A stretch of DNA of 64,000 bases from Bugula neritina (lineage: Eukaryota; Animalia; Bryozoa), in NCBI GenBank assembly GCA_964035545.1, contig OZ037771.1, positions 11,288,480-11,352,479 of the forward strand, given 5' to 3'. The notes under the pieces are model-generated. The model ran no database searches. It saw only the letters and a program-made list of their open reading frames with translations, and was not told where the DNA came from. Shown one piece after another: positions 54,401 to 62,000 of the stretch; the first letter of the stretch is position 1, and each line of letters opens with the position of its first letter. The position numbers and the translations under genes are program-made.

Positions 54401-56357
54401 TCCTGGGAATATCGATTTAGAGATAATACAATGGTCATGTACATCTGTGTATTGACATTTTATGTGTTAGAACGAACTAGAAGCATTCGTCTCAAGAAGG
54501 GGAGATGACATTTCAGCTAATCTCCATCAGTTACTTTCTGAGTCACGATGCTTATGAGTCACAAGAGAATATGAGTCAAAAGCTCCTCTAATGCTTACTC
54601 ACAGAACACTGGTGATATCTCATACATGCCTCACTAGTATCCAGTTACTCTCGGTGAAAGAAGCAAAAGCAAGGCTTTTACACCTGCTAGTGACTTACAT
54701 GGAATTCCTGTATTGTAGGTGCCAGCTCAAACAGACCAACAGCTTTTTGTTACAAAAGATAACTTGGATTCAAACCTCAAAAATCTTGCTGGATAAGCAC
54801 ATGCTCTACTACTTGCACCACTTATGTCATATCATTCTAATGTCATATAACTAGAACATTCCTGGTGAGAAGGGTAATGCAACTAGTTTGCATATGGAAA
54901 CTGAAATAGTAATTTGCAAGTAGTTCACCCAGTCGATGCTGTCATACACTACTGACACATTCACATCACATGGAGATTTAGGTATGATGCCACCTTGCAC
55001 AATGTCCTGCTGATTATATAGGCGTAACTATGAAAATGATATAATTAAAAATTAAAGTATAAATTTTGAATAAAAAAACAAAATTGAAAGCATCTTTTCT
55101 ACAAAACACTTGATCAACATCCTTTCACCATCTGAAGAGCTATGAGTAATAATCATGTGTATACATAATCTCAACATTTACTATGATTAAATCTAAACAG
55201 AGCATCTCCAGAGATTTTCAGTTTCATTTTGTCTACCACCAACCTAACTTCCAAATTCAGATAACTGAGTATCCTTTCTTTTAACGATATCAAAATTTTA
55301 AAGATGACGCAATGAGTTGGACTTTGAAAATTATTAATTATAGTAATTATACATTATTTTCCAATAATAGGTATTAATTGTTGAAGTTTTTGAAAACCCC
55401 TTAAAGTTTAAACTAAAAAACCAGCACTTTTAGCAAGTTTCAAAACTTCTTTACTTGGTTTGTACACAGGCGAAAGCCATACCATGTGGTTTTCAGCAAA
55501 CAATATATTGTAATAACACAGCTCAAAGGCAGTGGTGCAAATAATTTTAAAACCAAAATCATGTGATTAGGTCAATCAGGCATTAATTACTCATTATTGT
55601 ACAATGTATGCTCATGTGATCTATGTGCTAATGCGTTCTATGTACCCCATACCCTCTATGGCCCAAGCTAACAAAATCAAAATATTCAATCACAGACATC
55701 CAGTACACATCTCACCTTATCACAAACTTGATGTGAGAAAAGCCTTGATTTGCACATGTCAATAAAAAAGCAGCAGGAATGGTAACAATAGAAGTTGAGC
55801 TGAAAAAGATGATAACTTATTTACAATTGAAATTAATAAAACAAGCATATGGAGCACACCTTTTTTAGAAGTATGGCCTTCGCTATTTATTGTAGGTTTG
55901 GCATCATCGGAATTAGAAGTCAGTTCCCTGGTCTGTACTAAATCATTCCACAGGAAGCTGAGAGAAGATGGCTGAAATATATCCTGCAACGCAGCACAAA
56001 CACATTCAACTTATAAAACAAAACGCCTTAAGATTTCAGCAGACAAATGCAATGAGCCACCAGCAAGAGAAGTTGCACCAAAGTAAATCATGGCAGACTG
56101 ATAAGCTCACATGCTACATTTTCAAACAAACTTTTCATTGACACTAGATAACAAATTGACATAGATTAAAAAAAAACTTCAACAACAATATAGAAAAATC
56201 TGCCAAACACACATGTATTCATAACTATTCAATTATAAAACTTTGAATACAATTAACACAAATCTGACACACAATATACCTGCAAATCTATTTTCAGCCA
56301 CTTGGCATCAAGCTTAGCCTGAGGGCATAATCTCAGGTTGTCCGAAGAGCCATACAT
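190..56357 (-). CDS. HERC2: E3 ubiquitin-protein ligase HERC2, spliced gene, 5' portion (continues past left edge)
   Basis: ATG at 56357 gives [26 protein letters not shown]|[16 protein letters not shown], like the HERC2 N-terminus; domain order is RCC1-like, Cyt-b5, MIB/HERC2, UBA-like, CPH, ZZ, DOC. Exons (GT-AG, phase-checked where traced): 56280-56357, 55860-55983, 54251-54402, 53389-53614, 52275-52433, 51419-51520, 50741-50957, 49887-49982, 49455-49601, 48875-49051, 48517-48680, 48049-48188, 47423-47536, 46901-46956, 46024-46227, 45051-45164, 44458-44658, 44207-44332, 43598-43737, 42095-42221, 41828-41994, ~37899-38074, 37652-37801, 36812-36997, 36006-36139, 35242-35373, 34535-34669, ~34070-34187, 33037-33259, 32536-32695, 32110-32311, 31653-31762, 31120-31302, 30208-30344, 29732-29918, 29428-29610, 28555-28799, 28193-28287, 9850-10214, 9306-9446, 8871-9097, 8442-8574, 7877-8040, 6924-7117, 6171-6430, 5780-5965, 5275-5460, 4419-4524, 3915-4083, 3056-3224, 2290-2482, 1449-1677, 699-835, 190-410. 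Confidence 0.95.
699..835 (-). CDS. HERC2: HERC2 exon, ZZ zinc finger
   Basis: [29 protein letters not shown]...HRSHPF. Confidence 0.93.
1449..1677 (-). CDS. HERC2: HERC2 exon, SH3-like segment between CPH and ZZ
   Basis: [29 protein letters not shown]...[19 protein letters not shown]. Confidence 0.92.
2290..3224 (-). CDS. HERC2: HERC2 exons 3056-3224 and 2290-2482, CPH (Cul7/PARC/HERC2) domain
   Basis: [17 protein letters not shown]|[35 protein letters not shown]...[11 protein letters not shown]. Confidence 0.92.
3434..3891 (-). mobile_element. MITE family A, copy 1
   Basis: TIR AAGTTGCGTTTATACCT; body is the reverse complement of 4725-5187 and 63000-63445; TAA on both flanks. Confidence 0.85.
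3915..4524 (-). CDS. HERC2: HERC2 exons 4419-4524 and 3915-4083, UBA-like domain and acidic linker
   Basis: [19 protein letters not shown]|RTQC...[11 protein letters not shown], in phase across the intron. Confidence 0.88.
4345..4421. repeat. 15-bp tandem repeat (ACCCGTACTCAGTAA) x~5 overlapping a splice donor
   Basis: Direct reading. Confidence 0.9.
4725..5187 (+). mobile_element. MITE family A, copy 2
   Basis: AAGTTGCGTTTATACCT...AGGTATAAACGCAACTT. Confidence 0.85.
5693..5785. repeat. 48-bp tandem duplication containing a splice donor
   Basis: caaggtaga.caagtgttaccagggaacagtgcact.acctccag occurs twice. Confidence 0.9.
7129..7866. repeat. 15-bp minisatellite (TATAATATAACACTG)n
   Basis: Direct reading; fills almost the whole intron. 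Confidence 0.97.
11412..12388 (+). mobile_element. Internally deleted LTR retrotransposon remnant (gag only)
   Basis: ~110-bp direct repeats at 11493-11606 and 12279-12388, ending ...CAACA, flank a gag-like ORF; the left copy extends to TGTTA at 11412. Confidence 0.75.
11635..12228 (+). pseudogene. gag: Gag-like protein, with frameshifted CCHC knuckle
   Basis: [38 protein letters not shown]; knuckle [14 protein letters not shown] (12159-12200) lies in another frame. Confidence 0.75.
12562..13278 (+). mobile_element. 5'-truncated RTE-clade LINE
   Basis: RT C-terminus [33 protein letters not shown] across one frameshift; GTGAAA tail repeats; 9-bp TSD ATATGAGTA (12553-12561 and 13279-13287). 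Confidence 0.88.
14387..15722 (+). pseudogene. KDZ (Kyakuja-Dileera-Zisupton) transposase, Kyakuja-like with CxC5/CxC6-type Cys clusters, disrupted
   Basis: Motifs [14 protein letters not shown]...[10 protein letters not shown]; [19 protein letters not shown]; [12 protein letters not shown]; [15 protein letters not shown]; YVGYDRACE; VDRF[H]IRGH..C..CKYH; [12 protein letters not shown]. Stop near 14591 and two 1-nt deletions near 15466-15488. Confidence 0.75.
15769..16506 (+). repeat. 5' LTR of Gypsy element
   Basis: TGTAATGG...CTCTACA; matches 22577-23314 with two substitutions seen by eye. Confidence 0.96.
16508..16525 (+). promoter_or_regulatory. Primer-binding site, complementary to the tRNA-Leu 3' end
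   Basis: TGGTGGCAGCGGTGGGAT, 1 nt after the LTR, is the reverse complement of ATCCCACCGCTGCCA-CCA. Confidence 0.88.
16606..17490 (+). CDS. gag: Gypsy Gag with zinc knuckle
   Basis: 294 aa; [21 protein letters not shown] capsid-like motif; [13 protein letters not shown] knuckle (CX2CX3HX4C). Confidence 0.92.
   Translation: MPPRRRQQTPSPVREDPLNRLVDLLQVSRDRRDNFRLKKFDGSGDVELYLQHFQEIKEANGWTDTGALLHLKCALEGAATDCGRGSTLELVCQALQSRFGMSTRCARKKLHQLKYEPNSSLLVLGSEVERLVSIGYPDTDSKSRNTIALDAFMRALNHNVLRRHLMFLPIECVSDAAKVAQDYFDIGNTGRSRPSTSAVEIESAPAAQPSTNMENLMVQMIKQMEANTKAVTELLVGSRNNNSGYHVRGPHSSATSTGSRIECFNCGGPHMKRHCPKLTGHSKPKPGNDSSPRQ
17463..17509 (+). promoter_or_regulatory. -1 programmed ribosomal frameshift signal (slippery heptamer plus hairpin)
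   Basis: G GGA AAC in gag phase, 6-nt spacer, hairpin AGTCCGCGG-CAGTAG-GAC-CTGCTG-A-CCGTGGACT; pol frame is -1 and open from 17454. Confidence 0.8.
17538..21746 (+). CDS. pol: Gypsy Pol polyprotein (protease, reverse transcriptase, RNase H, integrase with GPY/F motif)
   Basis: LIDSGST; LPFGL and YLDD; DTDAS..RRELLA..TDH; H-X3-H...CEVC, IDLVGP, HSDQG, VERMN; PKFVGPY. Confidence 0.97.
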   Translation: MGDILTSSVNQVTELSSVDPGNDCLATVDNDCLLSSSSVDVKASTTELSQVGESPPLSPSYFLPGKVHGKAVQFLIDSGSTANIIAQHVWERMSKGVRDQLLPYSSQGVLADGSQMEILGTMECSGRLRDIAFTAQFLVCPIREDGILGMPFLEKHSCVMNSGSQSLKIGNKDLKCTDRHGAFLQSKVQVVYPEVIPPHSEKVVTGRLCVSTASSVGLIESVQLEHSKIDGLMIGASLGTADERRHVSIRCMNVTAVPVLIKAGTCVAMFQPVAAEEVVVIKQLEPTSLHTGNADDNLSAPSGLPDHLKQLHSEAILLCKTSSEIRQVTQLLTEYQDVFSKSDTDVGRTHLIEHSIPVKPGTTPIRQAPRRLGPEKEAEVERQVKELSEQGLITPSSSAWSSPVVLVKRKDGRWRFCIDYRQLNSVTQQDAHPLPRIDDSLDALAGSKVFSTLDLISGYWKLPFDADAQDKSSFATRNGLWKWRVLPFGLTSAPACFSRLMETVMRGLHWKTLLLYLDDIIVFIDDIASQVERLGVVFERLRAAGLKLKPSKCELFKERVKYLGHIVSSEGVSTNPEKIKDVCEWPIPKCVRELRAFLGTAGYYRQYVPNFSSLASPLNRLTSPSTSFCWTPDCQQAFDSLKKSLVASHVLGYLDPKLPFILDTDASTDGVSGVLSQIQNGEERVISYYSKTFTPPERNYCVTRRELLAVIKCVKHFRPYLYGREFLIRTDHASLLWLHHRKEPSCQVARWLEFLGEFQYKIQHRKGTHHGNADGLSRMTCYDCKQCRKIEVRDGGPTRAEIFEELVAGSDVSDGSSPPDIAVVRALGSSSNSSGNKQESSADPKHFSDTPLVYHPQIPKEIDLPKNSTTDELSSSVVPVEELSSSASLVEAGSSGTNCDKVATLQQQSGDVATIYEAVKRNVDLSSSTLECGSAELRKLHNLKQAMNIVEGKLMIQLKINSRLRWCAVCPKPIRRTIIWETHRLTHSGVMRTAARIKLQWFWPGMMSEVRKTIKTCEVCQIAKLSQIPKTANKQRLYSGRPWQKVAIDLVGPLPETDRGNQWILVLTDHFTRWQDALPLPNATAPFVAEALDSRVFCYIGLPEQIHSDQGAQFQSDLMLELCKLWKVAKSRTTPYHPQGNSVVERMNRTLGDSLRSLLLGRCQEDWDLLLPQIMRGFRASPHSATGEFANFSMFGRELRLPDQILYGVTAQSPTTVQQYALDLLDRMQVAHDMLRERQLQVRSEDAEEPPLYEVGDQVAMVNKRKRKGQNPKLAPKFVGPYTIVEVWPNHTYKITRNGQESLQNESRLKRFLECPEQVGQAPFIPEGKRLPNMKGSRRQMRETLEAQPDLPFDPPPPDHPDPVVQPSIGVGQELFNAEQQDISEPDRPRRSLKHYLVDYRS
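21881..22498 (+). CDS. Gypsy ORF3: tandem C2H2 zinc-finger and coiled-coil accessory protein (205 aa from ATG 21881)
   Basis: Intact ORF between pol and PPT; CX2CX12HX3H followed by CXCX12HX3H; C-terminal charged helix; acceptor-like tttttacgttgtag just before the ATG. Confidence 0.75.
   Translation: MSSNVLEIHESSEDEMMVTAPSSPLRQSRCLPQRECQDQGTSAAGPKIVESSPQLGIESSSMPGEQMRVVPKATQRVLRNVSASSQERIKQARGEHGNRTCGVCGFQSSGRRSHGIHVAGHFTRHMCDCGHAEGSYQALLPHWRAHGNPQLQITEICLENLEGGGATSIADMATELVSLKKIQRCLERKIKAKEERLRNAVHGTD
22563..22573 (+). promoter_or_regulatory. Polypurine tract
   Basis: AAAGGAAGGGG, 3 nt before the 3' LTR. Confidence 0.8.
22577..23314 (+). repeat. 3' LTR of Gypsy element
   Basis: 738-bp near-identical copy of 15769-16506. 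Confidence 0.96.
24088..24525 (+). mobile_element. RTE-clade LINE reverse-transcriptase fragment
   Basis: [16 protein letters not shown]...LFADD. Confidence 0.82.
25020..25300 (+). mobile_element. Possible highly decayed piggyBac-like transposase C-terminus
   Basis: WPLWMWF....ITNSRLM and a later [10 protein letters not shown] Cys motif; very degenerate. Confidence 0.25.
25770..26010 (+). mobile_element. Decayed Gypsy integrase zinc-binding-domain fragment
   Basis: [18 protein letters not shown]...WWPGI...[23 protein letters not shown] across frameshifts. Confidence 0.6.
26750..27856 (+). mobile_element. Decayed RTE-type LINE, apurinic endonuclease region
   Basis: GYAPTM; ILGDFNAHV; [44 protein letters not shown], with stops and frameshifts; ends at (GAGT)n. 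Confidence 0.8.
27857..27910. repeat. (GAGT)n microsatellite
   Basis: Direct reading. Confidence 0.97.
28193..28799 (-). CDS. HERC2: HERC2 exons 28555-28799 and 28193-28287, MIB/HERC2 domain
   Basis: [20 protein letters not shown]...[17 protein letters not shown]|[12 protein letters not shown]. Confidence 0.95.
28812..28990. repeat. TGTG/TGTA-rich compound microsatellite
   Basis: Direct reading. Confidence 0.9.
31780..31950. repeat. ~40-bp degenerate tandem repeat
   Basis: gagtataatatag..gagagtaaagtgttgatacagaca x~4. Confidence 0.8.
33270..33878. repeat. ~24-bp AT-rich minisatellite (AATAGAAATACAGATTATATATAG)n
   Basis: Direct reading. Confidence 0.95.
34360..34533. repeat. (CAGA)n-rich microsatellite
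   Basis: Direct reading; similar tract at 32020-32092. Confidence 0.9.
35242..36139 (-). CDS. HERC2: HERC2 exons 36006-36139 and 35242-35373, cytochrome b5-like domain
   Basis: [27 protein letters not shown]...|...GGDATEYV...YVGQY; not in the ORF track, translated by hand. Confidence 0.85.
36290..36624 (-). mobile_element. tRNA-derived SINE (tRNA-Thr-like head 36553-36624)
   Basis: A box TGGTCTAGGGG, B box GGTTCGAACCC, AGT anticodon-like loop, no proper acceptor stem; 3' boundary approximate. Confidence 0.7.
38156..41467. mobile_element. 3.3-kb non-autonomous DNA element bounded by ~65-bp inverted repeats
   Basis: 38156-38220 is an imperfect reverse complement of 41406-41467; no long ORF inside. 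Confidence 0.7.
42595..43590. repeat. 21-bp minisatellite (TATCTGATATACAGTCTAYAC)n
   Basis: Direct reading, ~1 kb. Confidence 0.97.
45051..49051 (-). CDS. HERC2: HERC2 exons encoding RCC1-like domain 1
   Basis: RCC1 repeat motifs VYGWG, VYSWG...[33 protein letters not shown]...[15 protein letters not shown]. Confidence 0.88.
46440..46850. repeat. 21-bp minisatellite (CATCATATAAACATATAGCAC-like)
   Basis: Direct reading. Confidence 0.93.
50220..50362. repeat. AT-rich minisatellite (AATAATATAATATTATATATGTAT)n
   Basis: Direct reading. Confidence 0.9.
50958..51222. repeat. 65-bp tandem repeat x4 containing a splice acceptor
   Basis: ctgtagaa..tagagtgagtaacatagacagctg..gtcattatatatgtata.agtcaat. 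Confidence 0.92.
51728..51950. repeat. 18-bp minisatellite (AGATGAGTCATACACTAC)n
   Basis: Direct reading, ~12 units. Confidence 0.96.
53618..53795. repeat. ~21-bp G-rich tandem repeat (GGGCTAGACAGGTGGA...)
   Basis: Direct reading. Confidence 0.9.
54760..54826 (-). mobile_element. Degenerate tRNA-like SINE head
   Basis: TGGTGCAAGTAG and GGTTTGAATCC A/B-box-like motifs at tRNA-like spacing. Confidence 0.35.
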
Positions 56358-56399
56358 TCCAGTAAGGAATAAAAGTTATTTAGTGTGCAGCATTGGATT

Positions 56400-59030
56400 A
56401 GAGCAGGAAATCTGAGCAAAAGTAGATATATGTTAACAAAGAATAGTCATTGTATAATATTAAACTTCTATTTTAAAAGCTGAAAATATATTTAAGTAAA
56501 TATATTCAACATAATACAAAACCTATGGAATATTTTACAACAGTCTGTCAACTCAATTAGCCATTAGCTATGATTATATCACACAGTTAAAACTTTAGTT
56601 ACAAACAATACAATAATACAAAAACATAAAAAAATGCAAGGTAATTTAAGTGAAGTCTAAGAGCTAAAGCAGTTTTAAATCCTTAATTAAACAGCACAGT
56701 CAACTTCATTGAATTATTGAATATTTGTCTAAAAAGGTAAGTTTAATAATAGCAACACAATTTACAAAATTTAAATTCAAAATTTCTTTTTTTAAATCTA
56801 GACTATCTTTATTCCCATTTAGTTTAATTATCAATCATATGTCATTGATTGAAAAAGTGAAACCTAAATTTAAATCAAATATAGCGTTTGCTATTTTAGT
56901 AGCTAATACCCATAGTCATACTAATACTAATAGTGATACTCAGTACGAGTATGACTATGAGTATTAGTATTACTAAAATACTAAATAGTATTACTAGTAG
57001 TAATAGTAATACTCATACTGATACTCAGTATGAGTATTACTAAAATTAAAATAGCAATACTAATACTATTAGTAATGCTATTAGTATTAGTATTGATTAT
57101 AAATTTAAAATCAATCTCATAAAACTAAAATAGTCAAACTAAAACTAAGTTATACTCATAACACCTAATAACTCACAGGTCCTTAAAACAATTTTTTATA
57201 TATATTAGTTTGGGGCACTGGTTCAAATTTTTGAGAGAACATAAATTCTGTTGCTACATCTTCAATGTATAACACAGGCTTTTAGTTTTATCCATTTCTT
57301 CTTTACAAATTACATTTACTGCGCCTACCTCCTAAGTTCATAATGATGATCATCATCATGATTATGATAATTTTGATCTGCAAGTTAAAATATATCTATT
57401 ACTCTTTGTAAAATTATGAATATCAATATCACTATTAATACAACTACAAGTATATTACTATATCAATATGAAGACAAAGATTATCAGTATGATTATCATA
57501 ATGATAATGAATATGATAAATATAATCATTAATGATAAGCACTATGATTAATTATTTAATATTATGATTATCATTGATCACTAATCATTATGATTATCTA
57601 AATAATTATGTCAATCACTCAATCACCGACACCATGATTATGATATTCATATTGATATTCATATTGACTTTGAGGCTTGAGCATTTGATCATGAATGATT
57701 ATGATCATGATGGTACTCACTACTCAGGTAGTGATGATGATGACTTAGTTAAACCTAAAACTTTAACTTACTCATGGTGATTACATTTAATTTTATTATT
57801 ATGATTATCTTCATCTTAATCTTGCCTTACAGTTACTAATACTAATAGTAGTCATTACTACTACTAGTACTGTTAGAAATAACGAGTGCTAGTAAAACTG
57901 GCCTAGGGATAATAGTTTGAAATTCATATTTATATACCTGTGATAAACCTGTTGGTGCAGTTTAATTGATACTGTAAGTCTATGAGCATTCAAAAGGCAT
58001 TTTGCCTGCGTAACTCTCACTTTGGTCTATTAATTATAACTGGATTGGATATCTTGGTTTATACGTAAAGTTGTCTCCTTTGAATTAGTTACTGAAGATT
58101 AGATAAGAAAACTCTTTGTTATCATATTATTTGATGGTAGCAAGGAGTTATCTAGCCATTTTTCAATATAATATATACATAAAACGGCATAAGGGTGACA
58201 CAACTGCGTGTTTACTTTGCGCTATAGCTGCAACAGAAATAATTTTATAAGCAGCTTCGAGTTGGGGGTGAATGAGTGCAAAAAATTAGATTAGTTAACC
58301 TCCAACTTCAAACTTGAGAACTCCGAATTATTGCATTATTTTACTCCCAACTTGAAGCTGCTTATAGAAATATTCTACTAGCTACTAGTTCCTTAGCCGC
58401 GCTTTCGATAATATACTTTGTTTCAATGTTAGAAAATAGGCTAAATCACGTGCCTCTGTTACCTATTACCAAATGCTTATACAGTATCATATGACTTTGG
58501 TTATGGCAATTATTTTAAACGTTGACAGTAACTGTTAGCTTTGTTTAGTATCAATAGTTTAATTATATCAGCTGTTATAATCATGCATTTTATTCACAGA
58601 TACCCTAAAGTTAACCCAAAACTAACTCCAAGTCAAATATTATTATTATATGATATTTAATTTGATAATATAAATCATAATGATAATGATAAATGATAGT
58701 GATGATCATAATCATAATGCTAATTTAAATTAAATTATTTGTTCATGTTATGTTTGTTTTTAAAAGGACTGCGCATGCTGTGGGACAAGGGCAATTATAA
58801 CCTTCCTTGCATCACCATCGCACAGTCACATGCTAGGATTGGATCTCATGACTTAGTGCTCACTAATCCATCATTTTAGCCATTAAACCATTTTTGTCCT
58901 TTGCGTTTTCATGATTTTTGGATATGAAATTTTGACTTAGTCATTAAATCATCTATCTTCACAATCATTTAGCTATTTAGTGTGGGAAAGTATATAGAAA
59001 AAGCATTCTAAAATTATATTATTTTGCTTG
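56400..59030. promoter_or_regulatory. Putative bidirectional promoter/5' UTR region between HERC2 and the FYVE gene
   Basis: Divergent ATGs at 56357 (-) and 59054 (+); TSSs not locatable from sequence. Confidence 0.5.
58775..58890 (-). mobile_element. Degenerate second copy of the tRNA-derived SINE
   Basis: Partial similarity to 36505-36620 (gcaattat..cttcc..catcacca..catgactt.gtgct.acta). Confidence 0.5.
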
Positions 59031-59053
59031 CAGCTCCTGTGGGGTTTGCAAAA

Positions 59054-62000
59054 ATGGCTTTGAACAGAACATCCTCTGGTCTAGTTGCTGCTGGGTTGTA
59101 CACTACAGTCTCTGGGTTTGTGCCCAATAAAGCTCCTACCTACAGTAAGATGGCGCCCAGCATTTCTATGGTCGAAGTCACAGAATATGTCGGTCAGTAT
59201 TCGAATCACCACTTGATAACATTTTCAATATCTCGTGTATGTTTTTAGACGTGTGCTCTACCTTTCGCCTACTTGTCTTTTTTTTATATTTACTTTAAAT
59301 TTTTTCGGTAACTTTTTGTTAAATTTGCATCATGCAACTAAAGTTTTTCTGCAAGAGATTTCTTTACATGCTGAAGTTTTTTCTCATTTAGATTTTGATT
59401 TGAAATTGAAGCTTGTTTTCAGGAATTTCTCGAAGTCACTGGGTGCCCAAAGCTTCCAGACCAGTTTGCAAAGCCAGATCATGTCGACTCACCTTTTCTC
59501 TGATTAATACTCCAAGGAATTGTTACAGGTAAATTCTCTCATATAAAATTGAAACCATCAGCCTATCTGAGAAATCAGCGACATATTTCAATCATAATAT
59601 GGTTCATTTCAATTTTAGTCATGATTATTTTGTTAATTACTGCTAATATATGTTATAACTTTATAGTTTCATTAAAACACTCCGTAATTTGCTCATATGG
59701 GTAACTTGTTCACACTAAGTTTTTCCCCTTTCTAAACTTTTATTTGGATAATAAGTAACTTGCTCATACTTTTTGCTTTTAAATTGCATTCTAAGCAGTT
59801 TATACTGTAGGGACGCACTGGGCATGTTTACGACTTCATGATTTGTTACTTTTAATATAATTGCATGTGGGACAGCATCTGGTAAAAATCAATAAAACTT
59901 TTCAGATTATCAATAATACCTTTTTAATAAAGATTAAACCTTTTCTGAGCCAGTTTTTTGTTATCTTAAAAATAACTTGATATTAGATAGTTCTACAGTG
60001 TATGTTATTATATGACATTGTTATGTACTTTAATTATTTGTTAGGTCTAGACTATAAATATTGAGAGTCTGGAAAGAAAGAATTCTTTCAAACTCCTTAT
60101 AGCTATGTATTAAGTCACTCTCCAGGATCTCCTAGATATTTTCATTGTTTCAGGTTATAACTTCTGCCTGTACTACAGCAACAGTTTGACGTTGTTCATT
60201 CTATATTGGGCAGATAACTCTAAACTCTCTGTTGTTAAAACCATTATCACTAGAAGCCTGTTGCAGATGTCATTATCCAAGCTGTCAACAAGTAGAATTT
60301 ATTATATAAATGATTATAATAATATTTTACTTTTGCTAGATGTGGAGAGGTGTTCTGCAGACAATGCTTGAAACAGTCTCGTCGTCTTAATCTTTTTGCC
60401 AATTATGACCCTCAAGGAAAGTTTTATAAGGTATTTGCTTAAATTTTGCCCTTTGACCTCACTAATGACACTAGTATCAAGCAGTAGTAATAACTGGCTT
60501 GGTTGTTCTCAAACAAATAACTTAAGAAATTTTGTATATAACACTCAAGTTTTAAGAATTATATCTGAAACTGGTTATTTGCATTCTGATTGTCCCACAG
60601 GTGTGCAAGCTCTGCTTTGACTCGGAGCAGCAAGGTACAGGAGCCACTCGTAGTATGATGAAGGAGTTTAGACAATTACGTTCAGCTTTTCGCAACCTTG
60701 ACCCCAAAATTCACAGGTAAAAATTGATAGAAAGTAGTTAAATGAAGCATTTCTATGTTTCTTTATATGTGCTATATGCTAAATGTGAGTGTCAATTAAA
60801 TAAATAAGGTTTATGCGAGGGACTCGTTAGCACATTTTATATTTTACTTCGCATCTAGTAAAAAAGTATATGTCCTAATATTATATGTAACTGTTTCGTA
60901 AAAGGTTACAATCAACCTACCTTTGTATGTGCTTTATAAAAGGATAAATAATTTTAATATTTTCAAATTGTCATAACTTTTTGCCATATTGGCCTATATT
61001 ATATACTCAAGTTGCTTTTCTATATAATTCAAAGCTTATTTTGTTGCTATGAAAAATGGCTACTTTTTTTCATTTTTCAAGTTGAAATGCGATTTGATTT
61101 ATTAAAAAGAGATTTTCTATTAATCTCTTCTGTGTTTCATTCCTTTTCCTTTCTCTGTTAATCCTGTAGTGAGAATTACTTGGCAATTGCTGAACAACGA
61201 ATCAAAGAAGGTTTTATATCTGAACTGAATTCTACTCCATCCCTTGTACGGTTGGTCCAATCTTTGACAATTACACTGGTTAAAGGGGCTTGGAAGAAAC
61301 CAGTCAGGGCCAATGTAAGTACATGCGTTTATATATAGCACTAGTACCATTGTTCATATTTAATAACTCAAATTTGCTTGTATGGAAGCAATGGCTTTCT
61401 TACCAATCATGATGTCTTTTAAAGTCCAACAAATTATAATTTTTTTTAATTGGCAATCGTTGTGATTGCTAATTTGATTCTTAGCAATTTTATTTTGATG
61501 ATTTATCATCAATTTTCTGTATTTATGGTTATAATTGATTTATAACTGGTTGGCAGGATAACCAATAAATTATACAAAGGTGTCGACACTGAGTAGTCTT
61601 TGCAGTGAGGGGGTTCAAAGAAAATCGAGCTAATGGATACAGAAATAATAATATCCATCAAACTATGGTAGCTTTGCAGTGGATTTGGCATGTGGAAAAC
61701 CTGCCGATGGTCATGTGTTTGTTCATGCTGACTCCAACATCCCATTTAACGGCTTGTTTACCTTTGTCCCAGGAGAATCAAGCAGCTTGTAATATATGCA
61801 AGCAGAAGTTTGAAATGCTGTTCAAGTCTAGACATCATTGTTCTATATGTGGAGACGCTGTGTGTGATTCGTGTTCCAACCGAGACCTCATTGTGTACGT
61901 AGCTGATGGCAACCGGTCAGGAGAGAGTTTCAGGCTGAGTGAAGCAATAGTCAATATCATCAAAGTGTCAGGGGTTAGTTTTTGTTCTAGATGTCACGTC

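Noticed and set aside
54880-54975. Possible intronic C/D-box snoRNA (TGTGATG-like motif on the minus strand)
   Set aside because: No convincing terminal D box, stem or guide complementarity
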